Positions 1 through 12,838 of a DNA stretch of 64,000 bases are shown piece by piece. Both the position numbers and the translations under genes were made by a program. Each line of letters starts with the position of its first letter. Positions within the stretch are counted from its first letter, which is position 1. The stretch is taken from contig BDGG01000015.1 in the NCBI GenBank assembly GCA_001949185.1, forward strand, positions 1,183,036 through 1,247,035, read 5' to 3'. Below the pieces are notes generated by a model. The model made no database searches and was not told the DNA's origin. It was given only the letters and a program-made list of their open reading frames with translations. Source of the DNA: Ramazzottius varieornatus. Its lineage: Eukaryota; Animalia; Tardigrada.

Positions 1-2831
1 ATCATCAGCCTTTGTCATTGAGCAACCAAACTAACGACAAGCTCCCGCATGGCTTTATTTATGGCACGGATATTATTGAGGTGAACATTGGTGGTGTTCT
101 TTGTAAGTACTACCAAGCGTTTCTTCCAAGGCGGAGTATAGGTTAACGCCAGAACCTACCTTCACTATCATTATTTTCTCCAGATTCGACAACGTTAAGT
201 ACCTTGACAAAAGATGAGGACTCCTTGCTGGCCAGGATGTTTAGCCGGGATTCTTCCCTGCTTTTGCCAAAAGACTCCAAGGTAGTTCCGGATCAGTTGC
301 CAACAGCGGACAGGGAGCCCTTGAAATTCACAAATGTGTTTTCTCTCACTACAGGGTCGACCTTTCATGGACCGGTATGTCTTACTGGACGCAGATCTAC
401 ATCTTACTGTAGTAGATACCTCTGAGCGAAGATATTTTGCATATCGTTATTAGGGCGTGTCTTGCTTTTTTGAATATACATATATATTGGGTCAGTGAGC
501 AATGTTCGTTGACGGTTTCTCTTCGTTGCAGGGATGGTGTCCTATTTCGATACATACTCGATTATCTTCGCCATGGTCGGCTGATTCTTCCCGAAAACTT
601 TTACGAGAAGGATCGACTAAGAGCGGAAGCGGAGCATTTTAGATTACGGCGGATGATTAAAAGTTTGGATAACAGCGTCGGCATGGCGGGAGCTAGCGGA
701 GCAGCTCGCTCACAAAATTCGCTCGCCCAGCCCGCCTATAAAAATCAATCTTCCACCAGCAACTCCATGCAGTCCCTGACAATGAGTCCCAGCTCCGAAC
801 AGAGCCAGCAAGCCTTTATCACCATAGGTTATAGGGGGACCTTCTTCTCGGGGACCGGGCCGGCTGAAGTGAGTTTATCCTAATAAACAGCTTCTCTAAC
901 TGCCATTTTATTGAATGATCAGACGCGTAACTCGAGTTGGGTGATTGTGGCAGACAAATGTGCTTTCCCAGAGAGCCAAGCGTTGCAACGGAGAACTTTG
1001 GAGAGCTAGTTCCTCTTTCGTCCTCGATTGCATTCAAATTTATTCGGGGTTATCAGGGACGCACTCAGTTGCCACATGGCAAATACTAAGATGCTCTTTG
1101 TCAGGAATCTTGACCAAATCAAATTTTGTACTTTCATGGTAATCCTTGGAATGATCCTCTCTAAATCTTTCTAATCAAGCTGGTCATACGGGAACTGGCA
1201 TCTCAACAGTAACAATCGACCAACTGTACTGTACTGTATATACATCAGCGAATCTTTACGGCACTCTCCGCTTCATCGCTTCTACCCAGGCCTCGCCAGC
1301 GCAGCGATAACGTTTTCGCTTCCCGCTTGAGCAACAGACTGGGATTAATGGGTAAAAATATCCCATCGATTTCATGATAGTCAAGTAAACTGCTGATATT
1401 TAAACCTCAGAGGAAAAGTTGTTTTACGAATAGTGGCAACCGATAGTCAAGCAAGGTTAATTTTCTATGCAAATAGGGCACAAAAGAGCCAACTTCCGCC
1501 TAGATACAGTACATAGTAACATAACACGGAAACGCCATTAATTTCTCCATAATAAATTCTCGCTGGCAGCGACATAAACGAAATTCTTTTTTCAAACTTT
1601 TTCTCCCGGAAATTTGTGTCCCAGTTGTCCAGATCTGTCTTCAACTGAGATTTTAATACACTTTTATATTGCAGGGAAAGGACGTCAAGTTTCGTAAAAT
1701 AACAAGGATCCTGGTCCATGGAAAGGTACGCTATCCATCGTTCAGCGATGAAGCTGACAGACCGGTTATTGTTCTTGTCAGCTGACAAGCCAGATCCTCA
1801 TAAGAAAATGAGGATCCAGTTGAGCGGAGTTTTTCGTATCCTCGGGGGAGTCCATAGCATGTGATCCCTGTCAGACTAACCAAGTTTGACTTGATGGTTG
1901 GTGCAGGTGGCAATCTGCCGAGAAATCTTCGGAGAGTCCCTGAACGAGTCACGAGATCCGGACCGAGGATCTAACGACCGTTACTCATCGCGCTTCTTCC
2001 TCAAGCACAACTTCCTCGAGCAAGCCTTTGATCAGCTTGGCCAAGCGGGATTCCGGATGGTAGCGGGCTGCGCCAGCGGTACGTATTTCGTAAGACCGCT
2101 CTCTAAAACAGCATCAAGTGCCAGCTGCCGTGTGTAGAGATAGATCAGCCGTACGTCCACGAACCGGGATGAATGGTTTAGTGACAGGAATTAAACGACG
2201 GCGCTGGTCGAACACACTGCAGACAAACGATTGTGCCACTTGTCATTTGGAAAGGTCGTTTCAAACCTTAATGACCCCAAGACTGACTTATTGACAAGGG
2301 TCCATGAGCTGTTCCGTTCTGCGTCATAGATATCCGTGAGCTCAGTACCGAGGGACCTTTCTGCCGGTCTCTCATTAAGCTTTATCTCACGCCAGCTTCG
2401 ATGGTTGTGGAAGGGTAAAGTTCAAGACCGCTGAATAAATATAGACAATAAGCAGCTGGAAGATACCTACCTGTTCTGGCCGAGCCGAACCCAATATGCA
2501 TAAAAAGAACTTTTGTGTTTTTGCGCAAGAGGATATCACTGTTCAAGAGCTGCGTAATGACGTAACCAGCACGGGAAGTGAAAGGAACTTGGTCACATAG
2601 CGCACTCGACTTCCACAGCAGGACATCAGTGTATTATGTCAAGTAGTCTCATGAGCGCCGTTTTGATGCAGGTACGAACTCCGGGTGCGAAACTCCCAAA
2701 CCTGGCCTTGATAATGAGGTAACGTGGTTTTCATTTCACTGAAGAAAAGATCGACCTACCTGCATGCATGCAAACTTTTGCAGGAGAACAAATGGCAGCA
2801 TTACAACGAATACGTATTCCAAAGACTATAA
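1..2831 (+). CDS. BTB/POZ-domain protein of the KCTD8/12/16 family (GABA-B receptor auxiliary subunit-like, Drosophila Ktl-like); 5' end lies before the window
   Basis: Spliced exons about <1-102, 184-280, 355-374, 532-868, 1675-1725, 1907-2077, 2672-2718, 2784-2831, all with GT..AG. They translate to a BTB domain (DIIEVNIGGVLYSTTLSTLTKDEDSLLARMF...GRPFMDRDGVLFRYILDYLR) and an H1 domain (FITIGYRGTF...[33 protein letters not shown]...YSSRFFLKHNFLEQAFDQL...WQHYNEYVFQR). Stop TAA at 2829-2831. Confidence 0.9.
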
Positions 2832-4691
2832 GACTGCGCGGCAGTCCGCGCGGGATACTTTACCGTGTGCTTTTGTGCTTTCACCATCGTATAGTCTGAA
2901 CTTTTCAGTTATCGCCTTTCGCTCTATCTCATACGTAGCTTTGGTACCGCGTTGTTCCAAGCATAAACTACAGGTATTGTTGTTCACCCGAGCTCGCATA
3001 GCCTTCTTACAGCACATGCAACTATACTATTCCTTCGCATCCTCCACCGGGCTGGGATATTACTGTGTTCCTTGTCTGTCATCACTGCGAAAAATCGGTT
3101 TAGTAGGAGATCATCTAGACAATCTCCGCAATCTCGTTGCACAAGCTATTCCATAATGTCTTGCCCGCCCGGCGCCCACGCCGCCCAATGGACCTTGTGG
3201 AACGCCATCTTTCGGGGTGCACCTATTAACGAGTTTGCGACTGCAGTTGTTACTTCCGCTTCTTGTCAATCAACTCAGCCATAGGCTGTTCAGCAGCTCA
3301 ACAGAAATCAGGTTTCGAAATCTTGGAGTCGGAGCCTGGAGGTTGCCTTTGACCTTAAGGCTTATACCATAATTCATCAATGATAATTTTCCAGTTCTCC
3401 TTCCTCAAATTCTCACCACGGAGAAGCAATCGACTAACCAGTCTGACAAAGCCTGCACTGTTTGTATTGTATCTAACATTATACGATTTGCTTTGATTTG
3501 TGTGCTTGGTGAAGAGGTCGAACTGGAAGCGGATCGTCGTTTGCGCGTCTGAGGAGAGGAACTCCGCTGGAAGGTAATCCGTAATTCACTGCCATGCGGC
3601 TCATGCTCATTCTGGGAGCCATGATTCAATGTCGTGATGTTGTAACAGGAGCAAGACAGAGCGTTGTCGTAAGCTGTAATCAAGTCGACGAAGCATGCGA
3701 GTATGAACAGTCGAGAAGCAGGCGATTGTCGACCATGGCATTTCGACTATCGACCGTTTCCGCCACGTGCGTTTTCTGTTGCTTAGTGCTGCACCGCCTC
3801 AGGTGCCTTTCCGTGAGGTCTCAAGCGACGAGCGAGCTTCATGGTATCGCTTCGGAACAACTGCTCAGTGTGACCAAGTAGTTTACTGTGTTTTTTTAGC
3901 GGTGGCATCTCGTGCGATGCCAAAAAAATTCAAGTTTTCTTCATGTGCTTAAATGAAACCATATAGGCTGATTAGAGATCAGAGTGATGTAATGCGCATC
4001 CCTTGCCATCTCAGTTGATAGAGTTGATCCGACTGAGTTGCACGGTCTGCGCGCATTGTCTGGTGCGCAGTATGAACTCCTCCCCCTCTTGTAAATTACT
4101 TGACTAAAATTAATTTGACTTTTAAATTTTGCCATAGCGTGCATTCCTGCAGTTCTGCCTGATGGCACACAGAGTCGTTTTCTTCAACAGTGTCTTGCTT
4201 GTTGTAGGTTCATAGATCGGAGGGGAGACAGCTGGAGGCAAGTTGATACTCTGTTGGAGGCTTGGCCGTGTATGCGGACTGCGGACTGCAGAGGGATACA
4301 AGAGTTATTTTGAGCGTAAAGTGGCAGTGACGGCAAAGGCGCCGTACAACACTCCTCCACCCACGCCAAGGACTTGCTACATTGCAGCAAGTCCCGACTG
4401 AACCAAACCTATCCATCCCCTTCTTACAAGGCAGCGTAGCTTTATGGATTTGTGAGCGGTTAAGGGAAAAAGTGTCGTCGCCGCAGAAGGCCAAGACGTT
4501 TCAGCTCAGCTTCCGTCGTTCCCTAACATTATTATTTCGTTTTATCTCTCTCTTGCCGGCTGTAGCCTCGCATCTGTCGGGCCTGACATTCCATGAGTAG
4601 GCTAAGCATCATTACGTCAGTTAAGAAGGACTAAATTGCTTTCCACTGCAATTGTGCTGACTCGATCGGGGCGACTGCTGGACTGGCCAAG

Positions 4692-7600
4692 ATGGGAACA
4701 AGGACGAGGATTCCCCAAGATATGGTAAGTGCCCCTTCTTATGCGATTTCTGCGTCAAAGTGAAGGTAGTAACTGATATCGACGATAAGCGCCGCGAGAC
4801 CACTTTGTTGTATAAGCAAAAAATGCTGTGTGTCATTGCAGCTTTTGTGTGATTAAGACAGAAACTTGATGGCCAGCAATTGCCTTTCCTACATTAGAAG
4901 TCTCGTGTGCTTTAATTAGCTATTTATATTCTAGTCCTTCTCCAGGGTTTAGGGATAGAAAGAAGAAAGAAACTATGGATATGGAAGCGAAGGGATTAAT
5001 GACTTGTAATTTCACAAGTGGAATGAAGTTGTGGGGGACAAGGAGGGGAGAGGAGCAAGTAAGAAGGGAAAGGCGAAGAAGTTTGTCCTCTTTCTCTGCG
5101 GTATAATTTCAGGCGAGAGAGGCCTTTGCATGGGTGAACGCTTCATGAGGCATTATCTTTGTAGACTTTGTTGATGGTTTCAACTGCGAGCGAGACTGTG
5201 GCTTTGCTTGGCAAAGTTGCTTCACTCTTGGGTTCCGCTGCCGATATGAAGCCTGCATGGACGGCACAGACTTTAGAGACTAGGTTGGCTGCGGCACTTG
5301 AAACGTGACCTCATCAAATGTAATGCCTCAGCTCTTTTGTCTGCTACCCTTCCCTTTACAGTTGCGACGATGGCCATCACCTGTGAGGCACAGTCTTTCC
5401 ACAACCGTCGTCTTGAAGAGGAAAGAAAGCTAGGCCAAACAACCGCTTGACATTCAATATTCACCAAGACTAACTATGGATACCAACTAGCTGTATCTAG
5501 CTGCTCTTGCATTCACAATCAGGCCCAAAGCACAAAGATGTCATGACGGTCGTCTCCAGTTTCTGCTGACCACAGGACAAAGTTCCAAAGCATTTCTGGC
5601 TTGACATTATGATCAGAGACCCTCTTGTTCTGTCATTTCACACTCAAAACTTCTGGCGTCGATCGACTCGGAACGAAGTACATACGGGCAAAGATTTAAC
5701 TTGAGTCGGTCGATTGTGCTGTAAGATTCTTTATGTACAACTTTTTTGTCCGGTCGGATCTCTCGTTTTTTGTCCATATCGGCTGGTCAAAGACGGATAT
5801 GCCAGATTCATGAGCTCCGCTGGTTGTAATCGTTTCAGTGAGAAAGAGCAAAGACGATGCGCTTAGGATAGCCTTTAGGCGACATTTTCTGGCGTGAAGT
5901 TGGGCGTGGAGAATCATTGGTCTGAAAAGCTCGGTAATTTATACTGTAACATGACGAGTGGTTTGCGTTTGCAGATGTTTAACACGACGGCGGTTGTGAA
6001 GGTGCCAAAGCACGAATAGCTGGGGTCGACGGCGACTTTCAACTTGTGCGTCTTTGTGGACGAAGGGCGGAAGGCGCTGTTGGTACCCGGAAGTGGCAGT
6101 GCAGAGCAGTGGGCTAGCTGTATGTATAATGCCATCTAGCTCCTCTCATGACGCAATCGGGCCTTTAGGCAGGCCCAATGATCGATCATCGACCACAGGC
6201 CTCCCTCTTGTCCTTCTTGTAGCCTTTCTTCCCTTGGCAAGCTGCACTTAAACGTCCAAGCGAAAGATCAAGGTGACTCCTCGAAGGGAACCTCCTTCCA
6301 GCTAAGGCTCATCTGACTGTTTACAAACGTCATAATTACTCCTTTGAGGGGAAGGTGATTCTAAAGGATGGTCTTGCCTTCCTGCTGGTCTTATAGCTCA
6401 TCTTGAAGGACAGCATTGAAGTGCGGCGAAGAGGATATTCCATCAGCAGCATCGATATAGAACCGACTGCCTGTTAGGCCGTTAGGAGGAAGACCATTTG
6501 CAAATGGGGGAAGAAAACAACGTTGGGGATAATGAGACTTTCGGTGGTTGTCTTTATGTCTCTCTCTTGCCAAATGTGCACTTTTGGCGTAGATCGAGAA
6601 TTGTCATGTTGATGGAGGGGGAAGCCATCTTTCTAGCCAGATGCCTGCAGCGTATTGATGGAGAGGAGAAATGTAACTTGAAATAAAGGTGACGTAATGA
6701 AAGTGTAATACTCGGCTGCCGCTTCAAGTGACATTTCCACCATGCAGCCAGACCTTTTATACTCTGCACTCTGTACCGCAAAAGTAGGCATCAGTGACGG
6801 TGATAAGCCAAGCAATGTCGACCGCCGATCGATTTTCTCCCCTCTTCCTTGACCATGATGCCTAGTCGGCCTTTATTATGCCAGACTTCGAACGAACCTT
6901 TCGAAACCGTACGCTTAGCAAAGGAAAAAGTCTACACCATAGCGCTGCTCGAAGGAGAAAGCCAGATAGAAGATGGAAGCTCGGCAAACTAACCTCGAGA
7001 AGGTCGCGCACGTTGTCAGTATTATTGGTTGAAAGCGTGCGCCGCTTGGAAAAACGATCTTATCCAGCTTGTTTGCCGAGGTCCTACATACTACTGTATA
7101 GTTGTCGTGTTGAGGGCATTGCTTGTGCCTCGGTTAGGCAAGGCCATACTGTGGCTAGGAAACTGGGCTTTTTTTATGGCTTCTTGAATCTGGAAGAACT
7201 CTGGTGGTTGTTGAGGAGTTTGCGGGAAATTACAACTTGTCAGCGGTAAAGCTCGGTGTGTAAAGTGACTTATGGAAAGACTAAGTTGCAGTGATCTGTC
7301 GTGTAATGAGGACATTATGTTTTATTTATGTCTGTGTTGATCGGCCAGCAATGTAGTAAGTAAGTAGTTGATGCGGTTAACCAGTTGCGGAGATAGATGA
7401 GATTGAGGAGAAGTTGTGTGGCAGTAGCGTGTGAGCGCCCACTTTATACCCAGTCTCTATATATAGAGCAGCATGCTGAACTTTCTGGTTCTCTCGACAC
7501 CGCTAATCCCTCCGCCATGACGTCATGCTCTTATAAAAGGTGTGAAAATGCTAGTGATTATGTATTAACGATGAATCTTTTCTATTGACTTGCAGATAAA

Positions 7601-8342
7601 TTTAAAGCTGATTATCGTTACTGCACAAAAGACTGCCCAATTCCTCTTTGCGCCTTCCATCACTGCCGCCGAGATTGCCCAGCATGTTTACGAGGAGTGG
7701 CCAGAAGGTGAGTGCCTGCCTGCGCGATGGAACCCATCTTCCTGCAGTGTTTTCTTTGGCTGTTTGTCCAATTTAGCGCTTTTGCTTACTTTGCCTGACA
7801 GATTGGGGTCCACGAACAGTAGCCAAAGCTGAAATACTCCGCCTAATCTACCACGGAAGATTTCTACATTCAAATGTGACGCTTGGCGGTATGTAACTCA
7901 TCATTCTCAATTTCGTCCTGTCGTCCTGACAAGATCTGCTGACAAGATACTTAATGACAATATTTTCTCCGTCTTTTTGCAGCTCTCAATTTACCGCTCG
8001 GCAAAACGACTGTGATGCACTTAGTGCCCAGAGAGCATTTACCCGAACCCAACTCACAAGGTAATCCACGCAGTGTTATTAAAGTCGCGCAGGATAACCG
8101 ACAAATGTCAGGCAAAATGCGCGTCTTTGGCTGGGCTAGCAAATTTTAGAACCCCGCTAAAGTCGCGCAATGTAAGTTGGGTCGCCGAAGGCTGTGATGC
8201 GCAAATTCACTTGGACATGTGGAACCTTATTTGAATGTTTCTTTGACGATCCAATCTATATCTGTGGGTCATTGCAGAGGATCCAAAGCAGAAGAAGACT
8301 CCCAGCAGGAGATGCTGCAGTTCGTGTTGCACTATTTGCTGA
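4692..8342 (+). CDS. UBL3: Ubiquitin-like protein 3 (membrane-anchored ubiquitin-fold protein)
   Basis: Exon 1 4692-4724 (MGTRTRIPQDM|gtaagt), a 2.9-kb intron, then exons starting at 7596, 7802, 7983 and about 8278. Translation: INLKLIIVTAQKTAQFLFAPSITAAEIAQHVYEEWPEDW...ILRLIYHGRFLHSNVTLGALNLPLGKTTVMHLVPREHLPEPNSQ...RRCCSSCCTIC*. This matches the UBL3 signature with a terminal CaaX. Confidence 0.93.
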
Positions 8343-9314
8343 TTTTATTTCTTCGTTTCCTGACTGAGACCGCGCTGGTTCTAGTTCACGTTGCAGTATC
8401 CTGAAAACAAAATACCTGACACTTTTACATTCTGACGTTGTCGAAGTCTGTCAGCGCTTTGAACAGTTATGTTTATGACGTTTTGCTGGCACCTGTCCGT
8501 TTCGGAATGGCGTCGTGATGATGAAGAAGCAAGCCAAGAGCTGACGAGGCTGTTGTGATTCAACTCAGATGTGAACTTGTTGGGTTTCTGTTTCCGTCTC
8601 ATCGCCACTGGACGGAATGCTGCCGTTCTCATCTGTCACCGCGGCTGATGGTTTCAAGACCACAAGAAGCCACACTCTTTGTGTTATTCAGAAAGAATTT
8701 ATTATGTACATTTGAGCTTTTACATTAAGTTTCTTCTTGGTCTGTTTTTGTTCCAGTTAATGTTTTACTCTGTTCTTCTTGCAGCTGTTGACCTTTCGGA
8801 TATGGTGCTTTACTAACTTTACTTCCTTGTTCTTCATCCTCCCTCTGTGAAAACTTTTCTCGATTCCTGGTTTTACTTCCTTGGCAATGATTTCCCACAA
8901 GTACCCGCAGCCATAACTCATGAGTAACAGCAAAATATCGCGACTCTTCTACTACGCTGTGCGACGTTATGTAGTCGACGACTACGACAGCGAGAAAGGA
9001 ATTGTCTAAAGTTGACCGAAAGTTCCGTGTCCTAGTCTTCGGTTTGTCGCATAGTCGAGCCATATGTATCGTGGTTCGGGTTACAGAAGATGTGTTGTGT
9101 AAGATAACACTAGCGGCGATAGCTGGTGCACATGTGAACTTGAAGCTTTTATATGGTGTTTAATTGCATCTGGAGATAACAAAGTCTTACCTCAGACGAC
9201 AATGCCTCTTTTCCAAATTTTGACTGCACCACAGATGTTCAAGGTTAGAACTTGAGTAAAATTCTTTGCGCGCCCCTCTCAGCTATATCGATACTTCTCG
9301 AGCCACTTGACAAG

Positions 9315-10569
9315 ATGGAATCATTCTTCTCGGGCAGAAGAGTGTTGGTAACAGGATCCGGCAGAGGTAAGTGCCAGTTACATCTGATCTGACAGTATTG
9401 GCATCATTGCTTTGTAGGGATTGGTCATGGACTGGTTTGCCGACTGGCGGAACTGTATGCTGAGGTCTTCGCCTTGACGCGATCGGACAGTGGAATCGAG
9501 ACGCTCCAAAGGGTACGTACCACACACTGGCTATAGTTTGCGTTGTATGTCGGACACGGATGGACTTGACAGTCTGTTTTCAGCTGCAACTGCCCAATGT
9601 TCACCCCGTTCAGTGTGACCTGGAAGACTGGGAGGCCACTCGGAAAACTGTCGAATCTATCATGCCCGTCGATCTTTTGATAAACAACGCAGGGATATTC
9701 ATCGGGAAATCGTTCCTGCAGACTAAGCAGCTGTCGTTCGACCGGTAAATACGGGCAAACACATTATACTGTTTGAAAATAGAGGCGGAATTAAGGAGGT
9801 ATATTCTCTATCGGTAGTCGGACCTTACCATCTATGTCCTATCTGCGTCTTGGACCATAATGATGCTTCTTCTTGTGTAGGACGATGAGCATCAATGTTA
9901 AGGCAGTCATCAATGTTTCTCAGGTGGGTGAAAGGGACCCCGAAGTATCCGTATCCATATGTTTGATAGAGAATATTTCTTTGAGTGATGCATCAGCTGG
10001 TCGAAACTGTTTTGCAGGTTGTTGCGAAGTCGATGATTGAGCGGCAGTATCCCGGGTCGATAGTAAACGTTTCCAGCGTAGCCGCAATCAGAGCCATAGA
10101 GGATCACAGCGCATATTCCGCTTCGAAGGCGGCTCTGGATGCCATAACTCGCGTCATGGCTGTCGAACTGGGAGCTCACAAGGTACCACTGTAGCGCTAG
10201 GACTTCCCGGTCCATGCCTACTGGTTACCACCGCTATGATCTCTTGTCATTTTCGTCCACCGCAGATACGGGTCAATGGAGTGAACCCGACTGTGATACT
10301 GACCGACATGGGACGTCAAGGCTGGAGCGACCCCGCAAAAGCCAACCCGCTTCTGGACAAAATTCCACTACACCGATTCGGAGGTATATGGTGTTTTCCA
10401 GTTAGGGCAGATACTAGTTTTATTGAACGATTCTTCTTGATTTGAAAAATTGTACGATATTGCAGAAGTGGAGGAAGTGGTCAGCTGCATACTTTTCCTG
10501 CTGTCCGATCAAGCAAAGTTCGTTTCTGGCGCGCATCTGCCCATCGATGGCGGACTTCTTACCAGATAG
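9315..10569 (+). CDS. DCXR: L-xylulose / dicarbonyl reductase (short-chain dehydrogenase)
   Basis: Multi-exon gene with MESFFSGRRVLVTGSGRGIG (Rossmann TGxxxGxG), LINNAG, GSIVNVSS, catalytic YSASK, IRVNGVNPTVILTDMGRQGWSDP...IPLHRF and LPIDGGLLTR*. Confidence 0.88.
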
Positions 10570-11167
10570 AAAGCTGGGTCCTGGGCCAGACTCCAACTAC
10601 GTCCACTCTCCATTCCGCTCTTTAGCATAATCGACGTCTAAGGCTGTAATCCGTCACAGAGAACTCGGACTTGACTTATATGCGGAAGTCTGCTAGCTCC
10701 TTGCAGGACTTTGAACTTGACTGTTTTTCACCTTTGGAGAGACGTTAACAGCAAGTGGTTCGTTCCTGGCATCGATATCGAAGACTAGAGGAGGTATTAC
10801 GCGGAAAGCTGTGGATGACTTTATGATTTTGTATAGATGAGATAAAAGCAAAAGTATACCAGACAAAAGTGCCGTCAAGAGATGAGAGCAAAAGCACCAC
10901 AATATCCGGCAAGATTGCTTCCATTGGACAACTGAACAAAAAGTGAAAAGTAAGATAGTCAAAAGAGCCTCGTACAGCGGGGGGGGCATAAATGGGCTAG
11001 TCTATAGGAGATCTGAGGCTATAATACACCAGAGAAGAAGAAGGACTGTGCCACAAGAGGACAGAAAGCCTGAAACTTGTAGGAGGTTGGAACTTTCTCC
11101 AGATCTAACGTGACAGTAAGAGAACAGTTGGAACAAGGGAACATGCGAGTTTAACCGGACTAGTCAT

Positions 11168-12091
11168 CTAAGCTGTGCTGATGGTTCTAGAGTAGTATCC
11201 GGCGTCTTCCTCCATGACGAAGCTGTCCTCGTCTTCCCAAGCCAAAGCATCTGTGCCGTTCTTGACAGCGCGACACTGGAAGAAGCAGACACGCTTCAGC
11301 GTCGGGTTGTAAAAGAGGTACCAAAATTTCCACAGGTTGTGCTCGTTGGCGTACGGGTCGTAACTGACATCTGGCGAGAAGCTACATTGACAGACAGATG
11401 GACAATAAACCCTCTTAACATAACTGATTGGTTCTTGTTTAAGGTGCTGGAGGCAAAGAGAATGGCAGCAGGTACCTGTAGACTGTGCAGTCGCGTAAGG
11501 TGATCTGCTCGTCGATGGCTTTCCATACAAAGGGCCGCAGCTTCTCGTATTCCGCTCCCAGAACGGTGGTAAAGTTGGTGTTGATGCGATCCATCACCCA
11601 CTGAAAAGTCAAAAGGGGGGAACAAAAACAGCGGTTAATCAGAGCTGGAGTGAGCCTATCGGAGAGAGGAGCTGTACCTCGACGCTGGGTTCACGGCTGA
11701 ACATCTGACTACGGACGTCGGAGAAGTCGGCGTCCATGCCGTAGGAGGCGTTCAGCGTGGCCACCAAATACCAGAAGGTCTTCTTGTTGATGGTGTCACA
11801 TAGAGGCGAGTTGGCCTCGCACTGACTACCGTTCCCTCCCACACTGTGACGAGGGCTGGTGCTGGTGCTGCTGTGGAGAGCCAGGCTGTCAGGGGGACCC
11901 AGGTATTCTTTGGCCTTGTTGGGAGTGGAGCTGGCCGAGGTGGAGACAAAAGACTTGTAGGCTTTCCGTTCGTCGCTGGTCCCTGTCTTGCACGAATACA
12001 TCTCCAGCCGCGCCTCCAGCCGATACTCATTCTCCATGGCGGCCAGATCGCTGGTGATCGTCTCGAAGATTCTATTCTCCATCAGCTTCAT
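11168..12091 (-). CDS. MAF1: Repressor of RNA polymerase III transcription Maf1
   Basis: Three exons (about 12091-11678, 11600-11475, 11382-11168): MKLME...RLEMYSCK..., SPLCDTINKKTFWYLVATLNASY..DFSDVRSQMFSREPS, LVWKAIDEQITLRDCTVY, DPYANEHNLWKFWYLFYNPTLKRVCFF, and an acidic tail. Confidence 0.9.
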
Positions 12092-12746
12092 CCCAAGACT
12101 ATAATATCTTCGGCTGAACAAGGCAACACTCTGTAAACAGCCGCTTGATTGATACACCAGCCATATCCACTTGATTAACATTAAGCTTGATCTCAACACT
12201 CACCCTGAAGCTTTCCTTGCAACTTCCAACGGCAGCAGGCAATAGAGAAGACTTCAACAACCCTTACTAGACTTCCGTAGGTGTCTGCAGCAACGCTGCA
12301 TCTTGGGGTGGATGGGAGGAGGGCAAGGAAGATGTAAGGGAGTCGAAGGACAAAAAGAGGCGACGGCACTTCGAACTAACGACATGTTCTCCCACTGTAT
12401 CAAACTTGAACCATGGAGTTGTCCCAGATGGAAAAGGGAAAGTCGAATCAGATGGAATGAGGAGGAGCACGATAATAGCTAGGAGTACTTTGAAGAGCGA
12501 ATGTTTACAAACAAAGAAAAAGTCGAAAGGAAGGGAAATCTTGCGCAGCTGATTGACTGGCGTAGGGCGGTCCTGTTTTGTCAAGGATTATCGAATCAAA
12601 AAGTAGCCTTGTCAGTACTCGACGAATGACAAATTGGTTGAATTAGCTCGGCCTTTTGGTACAGTACTCTCCGTTTCGTCCCACCGGAAGCCCAAAGTCT
12701 CCTTAGCTCTTCCCAGTGTTGGGTTCCCAGCTCCTCGAAATATACA

Positions 12747-12838
12747 TCCACGATTTCGGAACGCTGAAGGTATAGTTCTGAAGTTGACGATGCACGTATT
12801 CGCAGATCTAATGGCTTCCACGATTTCAGAACGCTGAA
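12747..12838 (+). repeat. 22-bp direct repeat with 70-bp spacing in the MAF1/ERR intergenic region
   Basis: TCCACGATTTCGGAACGCTGAA (12747-12768) and TCCACGATTTCAGAACGCTGAA (12817-12838). Confidence 0.8.
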
